From assembly GCA_030390025.1 (NCBI GenBank), contig CM059431.1, forward strand, positions 100,814,001 through 100,878,000: DNA of 64,000 nucleotides, written 5' to 3'. This document shows, piece by piece, positions 1-10,941 of the stretch (positions are counted from its first letter, which is position 1; each line of letters starts with the position of its first letter). The notes beneath the pieces were generated by a model. It was not told the origin of the DNA, searched no databases, and saw only the letters and a program-made list of their open reading frames with translations. Source of the DNA: Squalus acanthias (Eukaryota). The position numbers were made by a program, and so were the translations under genes.

Positions 1-230
1 TGCTGTGAAACTTATGAATGGAAGATGGTGTGCTGCCATTGGCTCTAACTGAGTCACGTGATCCCACAGCTCGCACGAATTCACTACGCCGGTGGGATAC
101 GCAAGCACTGCCCAGCTGATGTCTGGAACATCAAGTTCGTGCGAGCTGGATCTGAAAAAGCACAAGCGAGGTGAGAGATCGCGGGGAAGGCTTACCCCCG
201 CGGGAACAGAGCGAGATCAATTTCTGGGCC
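1..230. mobile_element. Right end of a PIF/Harbinger-type MITE (same family as 29566-30293)
   Basis: Sequence closely matches ~30065-30293 and ends in TIR AATTTCTGGGCC followed by AAT. Confidence 0.7.
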
Positions 231-512
231 AATATTTTTGAAAGCTATACTGACTCTTTTGTTAAAACGGGCATTCTAGTATGCAACAAAGTCACAAGTT
301 ACAAACAGTTTCTAACTTTCTGTTAAGCAGTGTCTAGTTACAAACAAGTTTTTTTTCAACCAAACAGGACTTCTTTTGGAATTGTTTCTTCTAATTAAAA
401 GGCAAAATTAATTGTGCAGGGCATTAAAAAAGTAAATCACACAACCCATTTATAAATCTAACATGCAAAGTAAAAAGAGGATTAAGTTGTAGAGCAATAA
501 TTAGTTACTTAC

Positions 513-581
513 AGCACTGGAGTCCACATCACTGTGAATTGCAACTGTTTTTATGCCCATCTTCTTGCAAGTCTTAATGAT
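513..581 (-). CDS. PCCA: Propionyl-CoA carboxylase alpha chain, coding exon 4 ([23 protein letters not shown])
   Basis: 69-bp exon, acceptor cttctgtag and donor GTAAGT, phase 0. The peptide matches vertebrate PCCA [23 protein letters not shown]. Confidence 0.97.
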
Positions 582-964
582 CTACAGAAGTAACACAAAT
601 ATTACAAAGTAGCTCACTTGTTTGTTTGTATGCTTTTCAACAGAACATTACAAAGCTGTTTGATTCTATTGAATGCTTCCTCCCTTTATTTCTACTTTAC
701 TCTCACTCCAAAACAACTGGGTGACAACATTCACTACTGTGGATGGCATTCCATAAATAAATAAGTGTCAAAAAAGTCCTGACATAGCGTACCAGACCAC
801 CAGTGCCCATTGTCGGAGCAGTGAGGGGTGCAGGATTGATCTCCACGTTGCTGGCTGCCAACCCCTGTAAGTCTTTATGCCAACATGAGCCAGTGACTTC
901 AGGACAGAAGGGGAGAAAATTAAGCAGGGGGGAAAAAGCATACAAAAGGCAAATTGTATTTAAA

Positions 965-1200
965 TCATAAAATCATAGAATCGTACAGCACAGAAGGAGG
1001 CCATTCGGCCCATTGTGTCTGTGCCGGCTCTTTGAAAGAGCTCTCCAATTAGTCCCACTCCCCCTGCTCTTTCCCCGTAGCCCTTCAAATGTCTCCTTTT
1101 CTAGTATTTATCCAATTCCCTTTTGAAAGTTACTATTGAATCTGCTTCCACCGCCCTTTCAGGCAGTGCGTTCCAGATCGTAACACTGCGTGAAAAAATT
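965..1200 (-). mobile_element. CR1 LINE 3' tail fragment
   Basis: Reverse complement of the CR1 3' UTR (gggccgaatggcctccttctgtgctg...ttctatgatt), which recurs many times in the window. Confidence 0.75.
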
Positions 1201-1536
1201 CAGGTTTTTTTTTTAACAACAATGAACAAGGAAAAATGAATTTGTTCCTTTATATTAAATAAAACTCAGTGATGAAAATAGGGTCATCTACATACTATTT
1301 TTTATTGCAGTTTAAATACAACTTTAATAATTATTAACATAAGAAGTGAATTTTCAAAATGTACTATACAGCTTAAATTCAAACATTAAAGTTTCAGTAA
1401 TGTTAGTCATCCCCTATGGCACTGCTCAAAGAGGAAAAAAATCTTGCTTTCTCTCTCCATGTCACTGCTTCCATCCTTGTCATCCACTCTTGAATTGGAG
1501 CGTTTATTGCCCAGGCACGCAAGTGAGATTGTGGAA

Positions 1537-1935
1537 GTGTCTGGATGAGGAAAATCCGGAGGTAAAGCTGGGGCCGGGGCCAAGGCCAAGTTGCACTCAT
1601 CCTGGGCAGGACTGCAGTTCCCTGTGGACCATGTTCCTGGGAAAGGGGAACTATGCTGAGCGTGTGGGTGTCGGAGCCCCGGTCTTTCTGGCTGCTGCGT
1701 TTGAGTATCTTGATCACTGACATCCTGGAGCTGGCTGGCAACACGGCCCGCAACATCAAGAGGACCCGCAACGCCCCCAGACGCCTGCAGCTGGCCATCC
1801 GCATCGAGGAGATCAACAAGCTGCTGGGACAGGAAACCGTCGTCCAGGGCAGGGTTCTGCCTAATATTCAGGACGAAGAAAAACAGCACAAACAGCAAGT
1901 AAAGTGCCCAAGACTGAATCTGATAACCAAAGGCT
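1537..1935 (+). pseudogene. Replication-dependent histone H2A pseudogene
   Basis: H2A-like segments ([59 protein letters not shown]) spread across frames. The start is GTG, TGA is codon 4, there are frameshifts, and TAA falls near 1901. It is followed by CCAAAGGCT. Confidence 0.9.
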
Positions 1936-1986
1936 ACTTAAGGGGAAAAAATGAGGCACTTAGAAGCACTGAGCTCTCGAGTCGAG

Positions 1987-2714
1987 CATGCCCAAGGGCA
2001 TAGAAAACAGAGCAACCCCATGGCCAAGGGCATAGAAAACAGAGCAATCCCATGGCCAAGGACAGAGAAAACAGAGCAACCCCATGGCCAAGGACAGAGA
2101 AAACAGAGCAACCCCATGGCCAAGGGCATAGAAAACAGAGCAATCCCATGGTCAAGGACAGAGAAAACAGAGCAACCCCATGGCCAAGGGCATAGAAAAC
2201 AGAGCAACCCCATGGCCAAGGGCATAGAAAACAGAGCAACCCCATGCCCAAGGGCATAGAAAACAGAGCAATCCCATGGCCAAGGGCATAGAAAACAGAG
2301 CAACCCCATGGCCAAGGGCATAGAAAACAGAGCAACCCCATGCCCAAGGGCATAGAAAACAGAGCAATCCCATGGCCAAGGGCATAGAAAACAGAGCAAC
2401 CCCATGGCCAAGGGCATAGAAAACAGAGCAACCCCATGGCCAAGGGCATAGAAAACAGAGCAACCCCATGCCCAAGGACAGAGAAAACAGAGCAACCCCA
2501 TGCCCAAGGGCATAGAAAACAGAGCAACCCTATGCCCAAGGACAGAGAAAACAGAGCAACCCCATGCCCAAGGGCATAGAAAACAGAGCAACCCCATGCC
2601 CAAGGGCATAGAAAACAGAGCAACCCTATGCCCAAGGACAGAGAAAACAGAGCAACCCCATGCCCAAGGGCATAGAAAACAGAGCAACCCCATGCCCAAG
2701 GGCATAGAAAACAG
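1987..2714. repeat. Minisatellite, 32-bp unit CATG(G/C)CCAAGG(GCAT/ACAG)AGAAAACAGAGCAA(C/T)CC, ~22.7 copies
   Basis: Direct 32-bp periodicity (CATG at 1987, 2019 ... 2691). Confidence 0.97.
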
Positions 2715-2949
2715 TGTAACCCAAGCCCCACCTTAGGGAGCCAAAGCTTGAGGCAGAAAACTGGCCCAAGCCTCCCAGAAGGAAGGGTTGCTTGTGCAGG
2801 AGAAAATTGTTGGTTATATAGTGAGATGTGTGGGGAAGCCATAATGGACACTCAAATGATTTTGGGGAAAAAATTGCAAGGATGTGATTTTTTATGTGAA
2901 TGGAAGTTTTTTGGAGCAATAGTGAAATTTGCATTAATATAACGCCTTT

Positions 2950-3400
2950 AACAACAACTTGTATTTATACAGTGCCTTTAACATAGTAAAACGTCCCGAG
3001 GCACTTCACCGAAGCAATAATCAAACAAAATTTGACACCGAGCCACATAAGGAATTATTAGGACAAGTGACCAAAAGCTTGGTCAAAGAAGCAGGTTTTA
3101 GGAAGCATCTTAAAGGAGGCCAGAGAGGCGGAGAAGTTTAGGTAGGGAATTCCAGAGCTTAGGGCCTAGACGGCTGAAGGCACAGTTGCCAATGGTGGAG
3201 CGATTAAAATCGGGGATGCGCAAGTGGCCAGAATTGGAGGAGTGCAGAGATCTCGGAGGGTTGTAGGGCTGGAGGAGGTCACGGAGATAGGGAGGGGCGA
3301 GGCCATGGAGGGATTTGAAAACAAGGATGAGAATTTTAAAATGGAGGTGTTGCTGGAATGGGAGCCAATGTAGGTTAGCGAGCAATGGGGCGATGGGTTA
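2950..3400 (-). mobile_element. L2-type LINE 3' fragment
   Basis: ORF 3110-3385 LANLHWLP...FKILILVFKSLHGLAPPYL...LWNSLP, with a ...tataaatacaagttgttgtt tail. Confidence 0.85.
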
Positions 3401-4599
3401 AAATAAAGAATGTTCCAAAGTGCTTAACAGGTCGGTGAAACGAAAACGAACACCAAGCCATAAAGGTCTGCAAAGATTTGTTTCCACAACCAGCTAGCAA
3501 ATGTACAGACTGCCGTGGTGCACAAAGAGTTAACGTTAACCATCAGTCAAATATTAGAACCATTTTCTCACAGTTCTCCCAACCAATTCTTTATTGCCGC
3601 TGCTGTTTCATCATTATCGCTATTAATCTTTGATAGTCTTCTCGTATTATCTAATCCGTTTAGGACGTCATACAGTTCAGTTTAACTGAGATTCGCAGTG
3701 GTACATAAACTGGACAATAAAATAGAAGAACATTTAGAACTTTGATCATCTTAATGCTTTTTATTTTAACCTTTACTCTACCAAAAGTCTGAAAAATCCA
3801 TTTGAATATGCAGTAGACACTTGAAAAGTTGCAAACTGAGTTAACTATGAATTTGATAAAACTCTAAGTGTGTCGTGTGGTTGAAGAATAAGGCTACGGC
3901 TTTAGTCATTTGTTCATCTTTTTTCCATCGGATAGAAAATAACTACCTTTAATTTTTATACACCTGCCAAAAAACTGAAAGTATTAAGTCAAAAGAGTTC
4001 AAGTTGGGAACTTCATACAAGATTTTTTTTTTTGCTTATTTTTCTAACCTTCCTGGCAGACTACTGGCCAAGTCCAGAGAAAGTCTAGTTCCACTGGGCT
4101 GACTGGTTTCATAAGTTTACTATAACGCAGACCCAGGATCAGTACAGTGCAATGTGTAGCTGGCAGACTTGAATCAACACTGCACCTCACACTGAGTTTA
4201 TTCACAAAAATATCATGTTCGTACCGGGGCATTTTGAAAAGCATGGCTTTGCACCAGGCTGGAAGCTCAGATGGAATGTGTCTACCACTAGAGAGGGTCT
4301 CATATTTCCAAGCTGCAGAGCGCTTGGGAGTCAGATTGAGACCCAACTCCCAAGTTACACTACCACTTTTGTATTGGCAAGCTTTGGAAATTGCTTAGCA
4401 GGCAAACACCAACATTATTACAGTGATTTTCATCGGTCAAGTACGGACAGAACTCCAGTAACTGTTCTGCGGACTTTATTTAAGGCAAGAACGTGAACCC
4501 TGTTGTTGTGTTTCAGACAGTCCGAGGTTGCTCTTTATTGACGTGCATACTGCAGCTGCGTCATGGCTTGTAGGTTGTGTATGTTATTGGCTAATTCAG

Positions 4600-4835
4600 A
4601 TTTTATTTTATATTTCATTATTAACTTTGAACAAAGCAAATGGAAACTCTGAACTAAACTGTAACATTTTTCTTGGTGTCCATAAAACACTCCAGTCCTT
4701 GCAGTGCCCACAGGTCGCGGAAGGACCCCACGTGCCGGTGGACACTGCGCGCTCCCTCTACAGGGCCGCCCTGGCACGGACAAGACGGAGGAAGAGAGGC
4801 AGGCAGCCAGAGCGACCCTGCCCCACCTCCCCCCC
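4600..4835 (-). mobile_element. Tx1/L1-clade LINE ORF2 C-terminus and 3' tail (degenerate)
   Basis: The minus strand reads GCLPLFLRLVRARAAL*RERAVSTGT, then after a frameshift SFRDLWALQGLECFMDTKKNVTV*. This resembles Tx1 ORF2 C-termini as recalled. Confidence 0.55.
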
Positions 4836-4936
4836 GGGCAGCGTCATCCTGGCAATAATCCTGCTTTAATCGGAAGTCTCTGCTGTAGATTCGTCATAAG
4901 TTCTGTTTGCTGCAGTTCAGAGAGACTCTGAGTAAA

Positions 4937-5099
4937 TAGACTCTGTTCGCTGTAAAATAGACTCTGTTCTCTGTAAAATAGACTCTGTTTGCTGTAAAAT
5001 AGACTCTGTTTGCTGTAAAATAGACTCTGTTTGCTGTAAAATAGACTCTGTTTGCTGTAAAATAGACTCTGTTCGCTGTAAAATAGACTCTGTTTGCTA
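4937..5099. repeat. 21-bp tandem repeat TAGACTCTGTT(T/C)GCTGTAAAA, ~8 copies
   Basis: Direct 21-bp periodicity. Confidence 0.95.
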
Positions 5100-5789
5100 T
5101 AAGTCCTGCTTTAAGTCCCGGCCCGCCTCCAACTCATTGGCTGACACAGCTCACTACTCACTCAATACTCACTCCATTATATATATCCTTCACATATTTT
5201 CTCTCATTGTATCTGTATCTATTTATGTCTAGTTGTTGTTCTCACTCTTTGCCTTTCCTTCTCTCTTTATGCCTCACGTGCCTTTTCTCACTCCTCTCTT
5301 TAGGTCTTTAGTGTTTTCTTTATGATTCCTATTTTGTATTCCTCACATACATTCTCTTCACTCTCTCGCTCTCTGTCTCTCTTAGTCCTCCTCAACCTCA
5401 CAAAGTCCTTGAGCTAGGTCCAGGCTCCAACTCACTGTTAATCATCAATTATGTTTTCTTTCCCTGGAAGCAGAGAGTGGGGGCAGAGGAGAAGAGTTAC
5501 AACATACATCCTCGTTCTGGGTTTGCATGCATCCCCCCCAAGCCATAGCATCCCAACCCTAACACAAAACCTTCCGAATCCCTTCTAACCCAGAGGGCAG
5601 GGAGGGCAGAGCTGGGAGGTTGCAAGCTGAAATGCCAGAAGGGAGCAAGCAGGAGGGCTGGGACTGGGAGATGGCATGCAAGGAGGATGACATGTGCCTG
5701 GGGTCGAGTGGTGGCACTGAAGTATGAGGTTGACGTGCAAGATGTTGTGGGCCCCACTCCACGCCCGAATAAATAGTGAAACCCAATAG

Positions 5790-6400
5790 AATCAAAGACT
5801 GTTACAACTCAAAAAAAGATCATTTGACTCACTAAGTCTGCAAAGCCAATTCCTCCACGAGCCACCTAAGTTATTCCCACTCTCCTGGCTGCTCCCCAAA
5901 CCCTTTAATATTCCTCTTTTTCTAGCAACTATTTGATTCCCTTTCAAAGCAATTTATAGACTCTACTTTAGCAATGGTTTGTGGCAAAGATTTAGCAATG
6001 GTTTGATGCCTTTTAATTCTTTTTGTGATGACCGTAATTTTATGCCCTCGGTGCGTTCTCAATGAAGTGTGAAAACAATCCATCACGACTTACCTTACCT
6101 CCATAATCTTGAATACCTCTATTAGGTCACCCTTTAACTTGGGTCTAGTGAAAAAAAACCTAACTTCTCAAAATTCCCCTCATAACTCATAATACCCCAT
6201 CCCCGGCAACATGCTAATTAATCCATGCTTTACCTTTATAAAGAGGTGCCCAAAACTGTACACAATACTCCAACTAAGGTCAATTTTACCACTTTGTATT
6301 ATAAACCTCCAGGTACAAAATCAAGGATTTTGTTTGCTTTTTTATGGCCTTATCCATTTGTGCTGCCACATTTAATAAATTGTGCATTTTCACACCAAGG
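5790..6400 (-). mobile_element. Old CR1 LINE 3' fragment
   Basis: Degenerate similarity to the CR1 copies at 7925-9560 and 20690-22450. Confidence 0.55.
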
Positions 6401-6519
6401 TCCCTCTAATCCATTAAAAATTTTTATCATGATTTAAGGTGTGTTTCTTTTCCCTACTCTTACTTTCAAAATATATTTCATACTTTTCTACATCTATCAC
6501 CTAGCTTCCCATACTGGTA

Positions 6520-7000
6520 GAAAAGGTAGTGAAAGGGGAAAAGGGAATAGATTTTTGCAGTGTGTACAGGACTCCTCCCTTACCCAGCACATAAGAAGTC
6601 CAAGAAGAGAGAATTCACTGTCGGATCTAGTAATGGGAAGTGAACCAGAGCAACTAAGAGAAGAAAGTGTAAGGAGCATCTAGGTAATAGCGATCACAGC
6701 ATAATATCGTTTAAGATAACGAGACATAAGTAAGACAAAGACTAATGTAATAGATTGGAAAAAGCTAATTATGAGGGGATAAGGATGGATCTAGAGAAGG
6801 TAAACTGGAAAAAAATATTGACAAACAAACAGATAGAACAGCAGTGGGAAATATTTAAAAAGTTGATCAATAGCATTGAGGAGAAATATATTCCATTAAA
6901 AAACAAGAACAAACTAGCCAATGATGAGACACCATGGATGAATAAATAGATAAGGGTAGAATTGAAACTAAAGAAAAAGGCATACACTAAGTACATCATT
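6520..7000 (+). mobile_element. CR1 ORF2 endonuclease-linker fragment
   Basis: ORFs FLQCVQDSSLTQHIRSPRRENSLSDLVMG and KANYEGIRMDLEKVNW...QQWEIFK...PWMNK are typical of CR1 ORF2. Confidence 0.75.
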
Positions 7001-7279
7001 TTTTGTATAACTTACCTATTTATTTGAACCGTAAATAGTTTACTCTATTACTCATCTTTTCTTTAGCATCACTGCTCCCAAGTATTTTGGGAGCAGTGAT
7101 GTTAACTTGTAATAACTTGCCACTTGACCAGCCAAAAAACTAAGTCCAAAGACAGTTTTCGCCCCAGCCAATTAAATGACAAAGATTTCCAAGATTCACA
7201 GGTCAATGTCCAATGTTCACCTCATTGAGCAACGTGTCCTAAACTTGACCAGGTCATTCTTTAACTTCCTAATTTCTCT

Positions 7280-7645
7280 CCACCAACTGTTCTCCCTTCC
7301 CCCTCCTGAAGGTGTCGACTTCCTTGCTGGGTTACAGTTTCAGGAATGCCAGACACCACCACTACCTCATCAAAGTGGGCCTCTGCTCAGTGAGTGTTGG
7401 CAGGCTGCTCAACCACACCAAGGAACATCACATCTGTGCCCGACCTTGTCCTCGCTCAGTGTCAGCAAGCGTGCACCTTCAGCAGAAACTGGATAGGAAG
7501 CCCAGCCAAATTCTGCCCCTTCCAAGTCCAGCGTCACCGAGACCAATTGCGGCAGCCCTTCTATTGCCTTGGTTTAGATCGGCTACCTCAGCACAGACTA
7601 GGGGTAAAATCTGGAATCTTCATCGTCTGTACGGCTCAGCTATTC
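7280..7645 (-). mobile_element. Ancient degenerate SINE-like repeat (family also at ~11080-11300, ~32180-32500, ~44620-44890)
   Basis: Shared degenerate motifs among the four loci (e.g. atcagg.gca.g, ctga.tt..ccc.t, ccaat.g). Family not identified with certainty. Confidence 0.45.
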
Positions 7646-7924
7646 CCTAGACAAAGTGACGGAACCAACAGCAGAGTTGCGTAGCTCAATCTTTGAAAAG
7701 TTCCTCAGCGTCCAAATCAGAAGAGTCTGGCAGCTGGCAAGTGTAACTCACTGGTACCCAGAAATAAACTCAGCTACAGTGAACTAATTAATGAAGTTAT
7801 AAGAGAAGGGCAAAACAAATTATCAGCAGACCCTTGCAATTGTATAACAAGAGCACAAGGAAATGTCAGGATGATTATATGCGCCAAGATGCCAAGATTA
7901 TCTGTACTTTGAAATACATCAGAT

Positions 7925-9560
7925 ATACGGCACAGAAACAGGCCATTTGGCTCAACCTGTCCATGCCGGCGTTTATGCTCCACTCGAGCCTCTTCCCGTC
8001 TTTCCTCATCTAAATCTATCAGCATAACCCTCTATTCCCTTCTCCCTCATATGCTTGTCTAGCCTCCCCTTAAATGCATCTATACTATTCACTTCAACCA
8101 CTCCCTGTGGTAGCGAGTTCCACATTCTCACCACTCTTTGGGTAAAGAGGTTTCTTCCGAATTCCCTATTGGATTTCTTGGTGACTATCTTATATTGATG
8201 GCCTCTAGTTATGCTCTTCCCCACAAGTGGAAACATTCTCTCTGTATCCACTCTATCAAAACCTTTCATAATTTTAAAGACCTCTATTAGTTCACCCCTC
8301 AGCCTTCTTTTTTCAAGAGAAAAGAGACCCAGCCTGTTCATCCTTTCCTGATAGGTATACCCTCACATTTCTGGTATCATCCTTGTAAATCTCCTCTGCA
8401 CCCTCTCCAGTGCCTCTATATCCTTTTTGTAATATGGCGACCAGAACTGTACGCAGTACTCCAAGTGTGGTCTAACCAAGGTTCGATACAGGTTTAGCAT
8501 AACTTCCCTACTTTTCAATTCTATCCCTCTAGAAATAAACCCTAGTGCTTGGTTTGCTTTTTTTATGGCCTTGCTAACCTGTGTCGCAACTTTTAATGAT
8601 TTGTGTAATTGTACTCCGAGATCCCTTTGTTCCTCTACCCCACCCAGACTCCCACCCTCCAAGTAATAAGTGACCTCCCTATTCTTCCTACCAAAATGTA
8701 ATACCTCACATTTATCTGTGTTGAACTTCATTTGCCAATTATATGCCCATTCTGGAAGTTTATTAATGTCCTCCTGTAATTTGTTGCAGTCCTCCTCAGT
8801 ATTGACTATCCACCCCCCCAATTTGGTGTCATCCGCAAATTTAGAAATTGTGTTTTTGATTCCAAAGTCTAAATCGTTAATGTAAATTGTGAACAGCAGT
8901 GGTCCCAGCACTGATCCTTGTGGAACACCACTACCCACCTTCTGCCACTGTGAATAGCTACCCTTTACTCCTACTCTCTGCTTTCTGTCTTGAAGCCAGC
9001 TAACTATCCATTCTGCTACTTGTCCCCTGACTCCGCATTCTCTGACCTTGTTCATCAGTCTATTATGGGGTACCTTATCGAAGGCCTTTTGAAAATCTAG
9101 ACAAATTACATCTACTGCATTACCATTGTCTACTCTCTCTGTTACCTCTTCAAAAAATTCAATGAGGTTGGTCAAGCAACACTTTCCCTTTTGAAATCCA
9201 TGCTGACTATTCCTTATTATATTTTTGGTTTCTAGATGTTCTTTTATTCTCTCCTTTAGTAGGGATTCCATTATTTTTCCTACCACCGATGTTAAGCTGA
9301 CTTGTCTATAATTCCCTGGACATGTTCTATCCCCCTTCTTGAATATAGGTATTACGTTAACTATCCGCCAGTCCTCTGGCACTACACCTTTTTCTAACGA
9401 ATTATTAAATATGTGTAGTAATGCCTCTGCTATCTTTTCCCTAGATTCTTTTAAAATGCGTGGATGCAATCCATCTGGACCAGTGATTTTATCCTCTTTG
9501 AGTTTGATTAGTTTATTTAATATATCTCCTCTTTTTATTTTAAATGCACTTATCTCATCA
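7925..9560 (-). mobile_element. CR1 LINE, 5'-truncated, RT domain largely intact
   Basis: ORF 8363-9469 has QHGF, LDFQKAFDKV, GVPQGSVLGP, FADDTKL and [18 protein letters not shown] 8006-8341 encodes the C-terminus, followed by the CR1 3' UTR. Confidence 0.95.
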
Positions 9561-10169
9561 CTAATCTTATCATGTCCACCTGTTCTATCTCTATAAAACA
9601 GGTGGTTCTATCTCTATAAAAAGAGATTATAATTTTATTACAAAGCAAGCTGTTTTTGGTAACTCCCATAAATTGGATAAGTCTGTGATAATTTAAACAG
9701 AGCCAAATGTGGCTTTGATCTCTTTAATCTCAATCATATAACACACACATGGAACCGATGTTTTACTACTTAAGACATAGTGCAGTGGGGAAATCATTTA
9801 GATGTAGATTTAAGACTTTGCCTTCTCAGATATGCATTGATAACCAAAAAATGAGGAGTACATTTCTGCTTTGTGTGCTGCTGGTGCAAGCCTCACCCAG
9901 CCCAGGGGCATGTATTAGGAAATAGCATGCACACAGCCCCATTAATGGATGGAAAATCCTGGACTGTGTGTGATTTCCGAATGTGCGTCCCCAACTCTCG
10001 AGCCAGTTGGAAATCACATCTCACGCTGTTTGCAACGGTGCTGCTTAAGGAAATTCGCTAATGTTGACAGAACAGCTTAGCAAGGAGAGAGACCCTACAC
10101 CCAGCCACCAACGAAATTGATTTATTTTTCAAAAAAGAAACTTAAGATAGCTATTTTCTTCTTTAATGC

Positions 10170-10802
10170 AGGGTTTTGATAGAGTAAATAAGGAGAAACT
10201 GTTTCCACTGGGACTGGCAGGCGGGTCGCTAACCAGAGGACACAGATTTAAGATTTTTTTTCCATTCACGGGATGTGGGCGTCGCTGGCAAGGCCCAGCA
10301 TTTATTGCCCATCCCTAATTGCCCGTGAGACGGTGGTGGTGAGCCACCTTCTTGAACCGCTGCAGTCCGTGTGGTGAAGGTACTCCCACAATGCTTGTGA
10401 CTTGGAGGTGGACTTGTTCCCCTGCACCTGCTGCCCTTCTCCTTCTAGGTGGAAGAGATCGCGGGTTTAGGACATGCTGTCGAAGAAGCCTTGGCAAGTT
10501 TCTGCAGTGCATCTCGTAGATGGTACACGCTGCATTGACAAAAGAACCAGGGGGGAAAGGAGAAGAAATTTGTTTTACAGAGCGAGTTGTTATGATCTGG
10601 AAGGCACTGCCTGAAAGGATGATGGAAGCGGATTCAATAATAACTTTCAAAAAGGGAATTGGATATAAACTTGAAAAGGAAAAATTTGCAGGGCTATGGG
10701 GAAAGAGCAGGGGAGTGGGACTAATTGGAGAGCTCTTTCAAAGAGCCGGCACAGGCACGATGGGCCGAACGGCCTCCTCCTGTGCTGTAGGATTCTATGA
10801 TT
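10170..10802 (+). mobile_element. CR1 3' tail interrupted (~10255-10535) by a minus-strand 3' fragment of the LINE family at 45316-48577
   Basis: The CR1 tail continues across the insert. The insert encodes AACTIYEMHCRNLPRLLRQH...GLQRFKKVAHHHRLTGN. Confidence 0.75.
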
Positions 10803-10893
10803 CCAAAAAGAGAGTACTTTGAATAAACGTATTCCCCGAACTTTGCTTCTCCTTTAATTAGTAAAGTATACATTGTAATAGAAAATAGCTTAC

Positions 10894-10941
10894 CCGGCAG
10901 GCAATCTCTCCTCTGTTTGCAATAAGGATTTTGTCAAATGT
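10894..10941 (-). CDS. PCCA: PCCA coding exon 3 (TFDKILIANRGEIACR)
   Basis: 48-bp exon, acceptor tctccccctcag and donor GTAAGC. Carries the biotin carboxylase N-terminal motif ANRGEIA. Confidence 0.97.

Noticed and set aside
707..864. Possible extra minus-strand exon (ORF 703-945, AG/GT-bounded, hydrophobic peptide)
   Set aside because: At 158 bp it would frameshift PCCA. The pyrimidine tract is weak, and exons 3 and 4 already join to give the contiguous conserved protein.
1987..2714. CRISPR-like appearance of the 32-bp repeat (also the arrays at 33.8 and 56 kb)
   Set aside because: The units are contiguous with no unique spacers, there are no cas genes, and the context is eukaryotic.
1934..2851. 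Long Cys/Trp/Leu-rich ORFs of 305 and 255 aa
   Set aside because: These are translations of the 32-bp minisatellite.
4044..4496. Overlapping short ORFs with a donor-like site near 4048
   Set aside because: No recognisable protein similarity and no supporting acceptor or frame.
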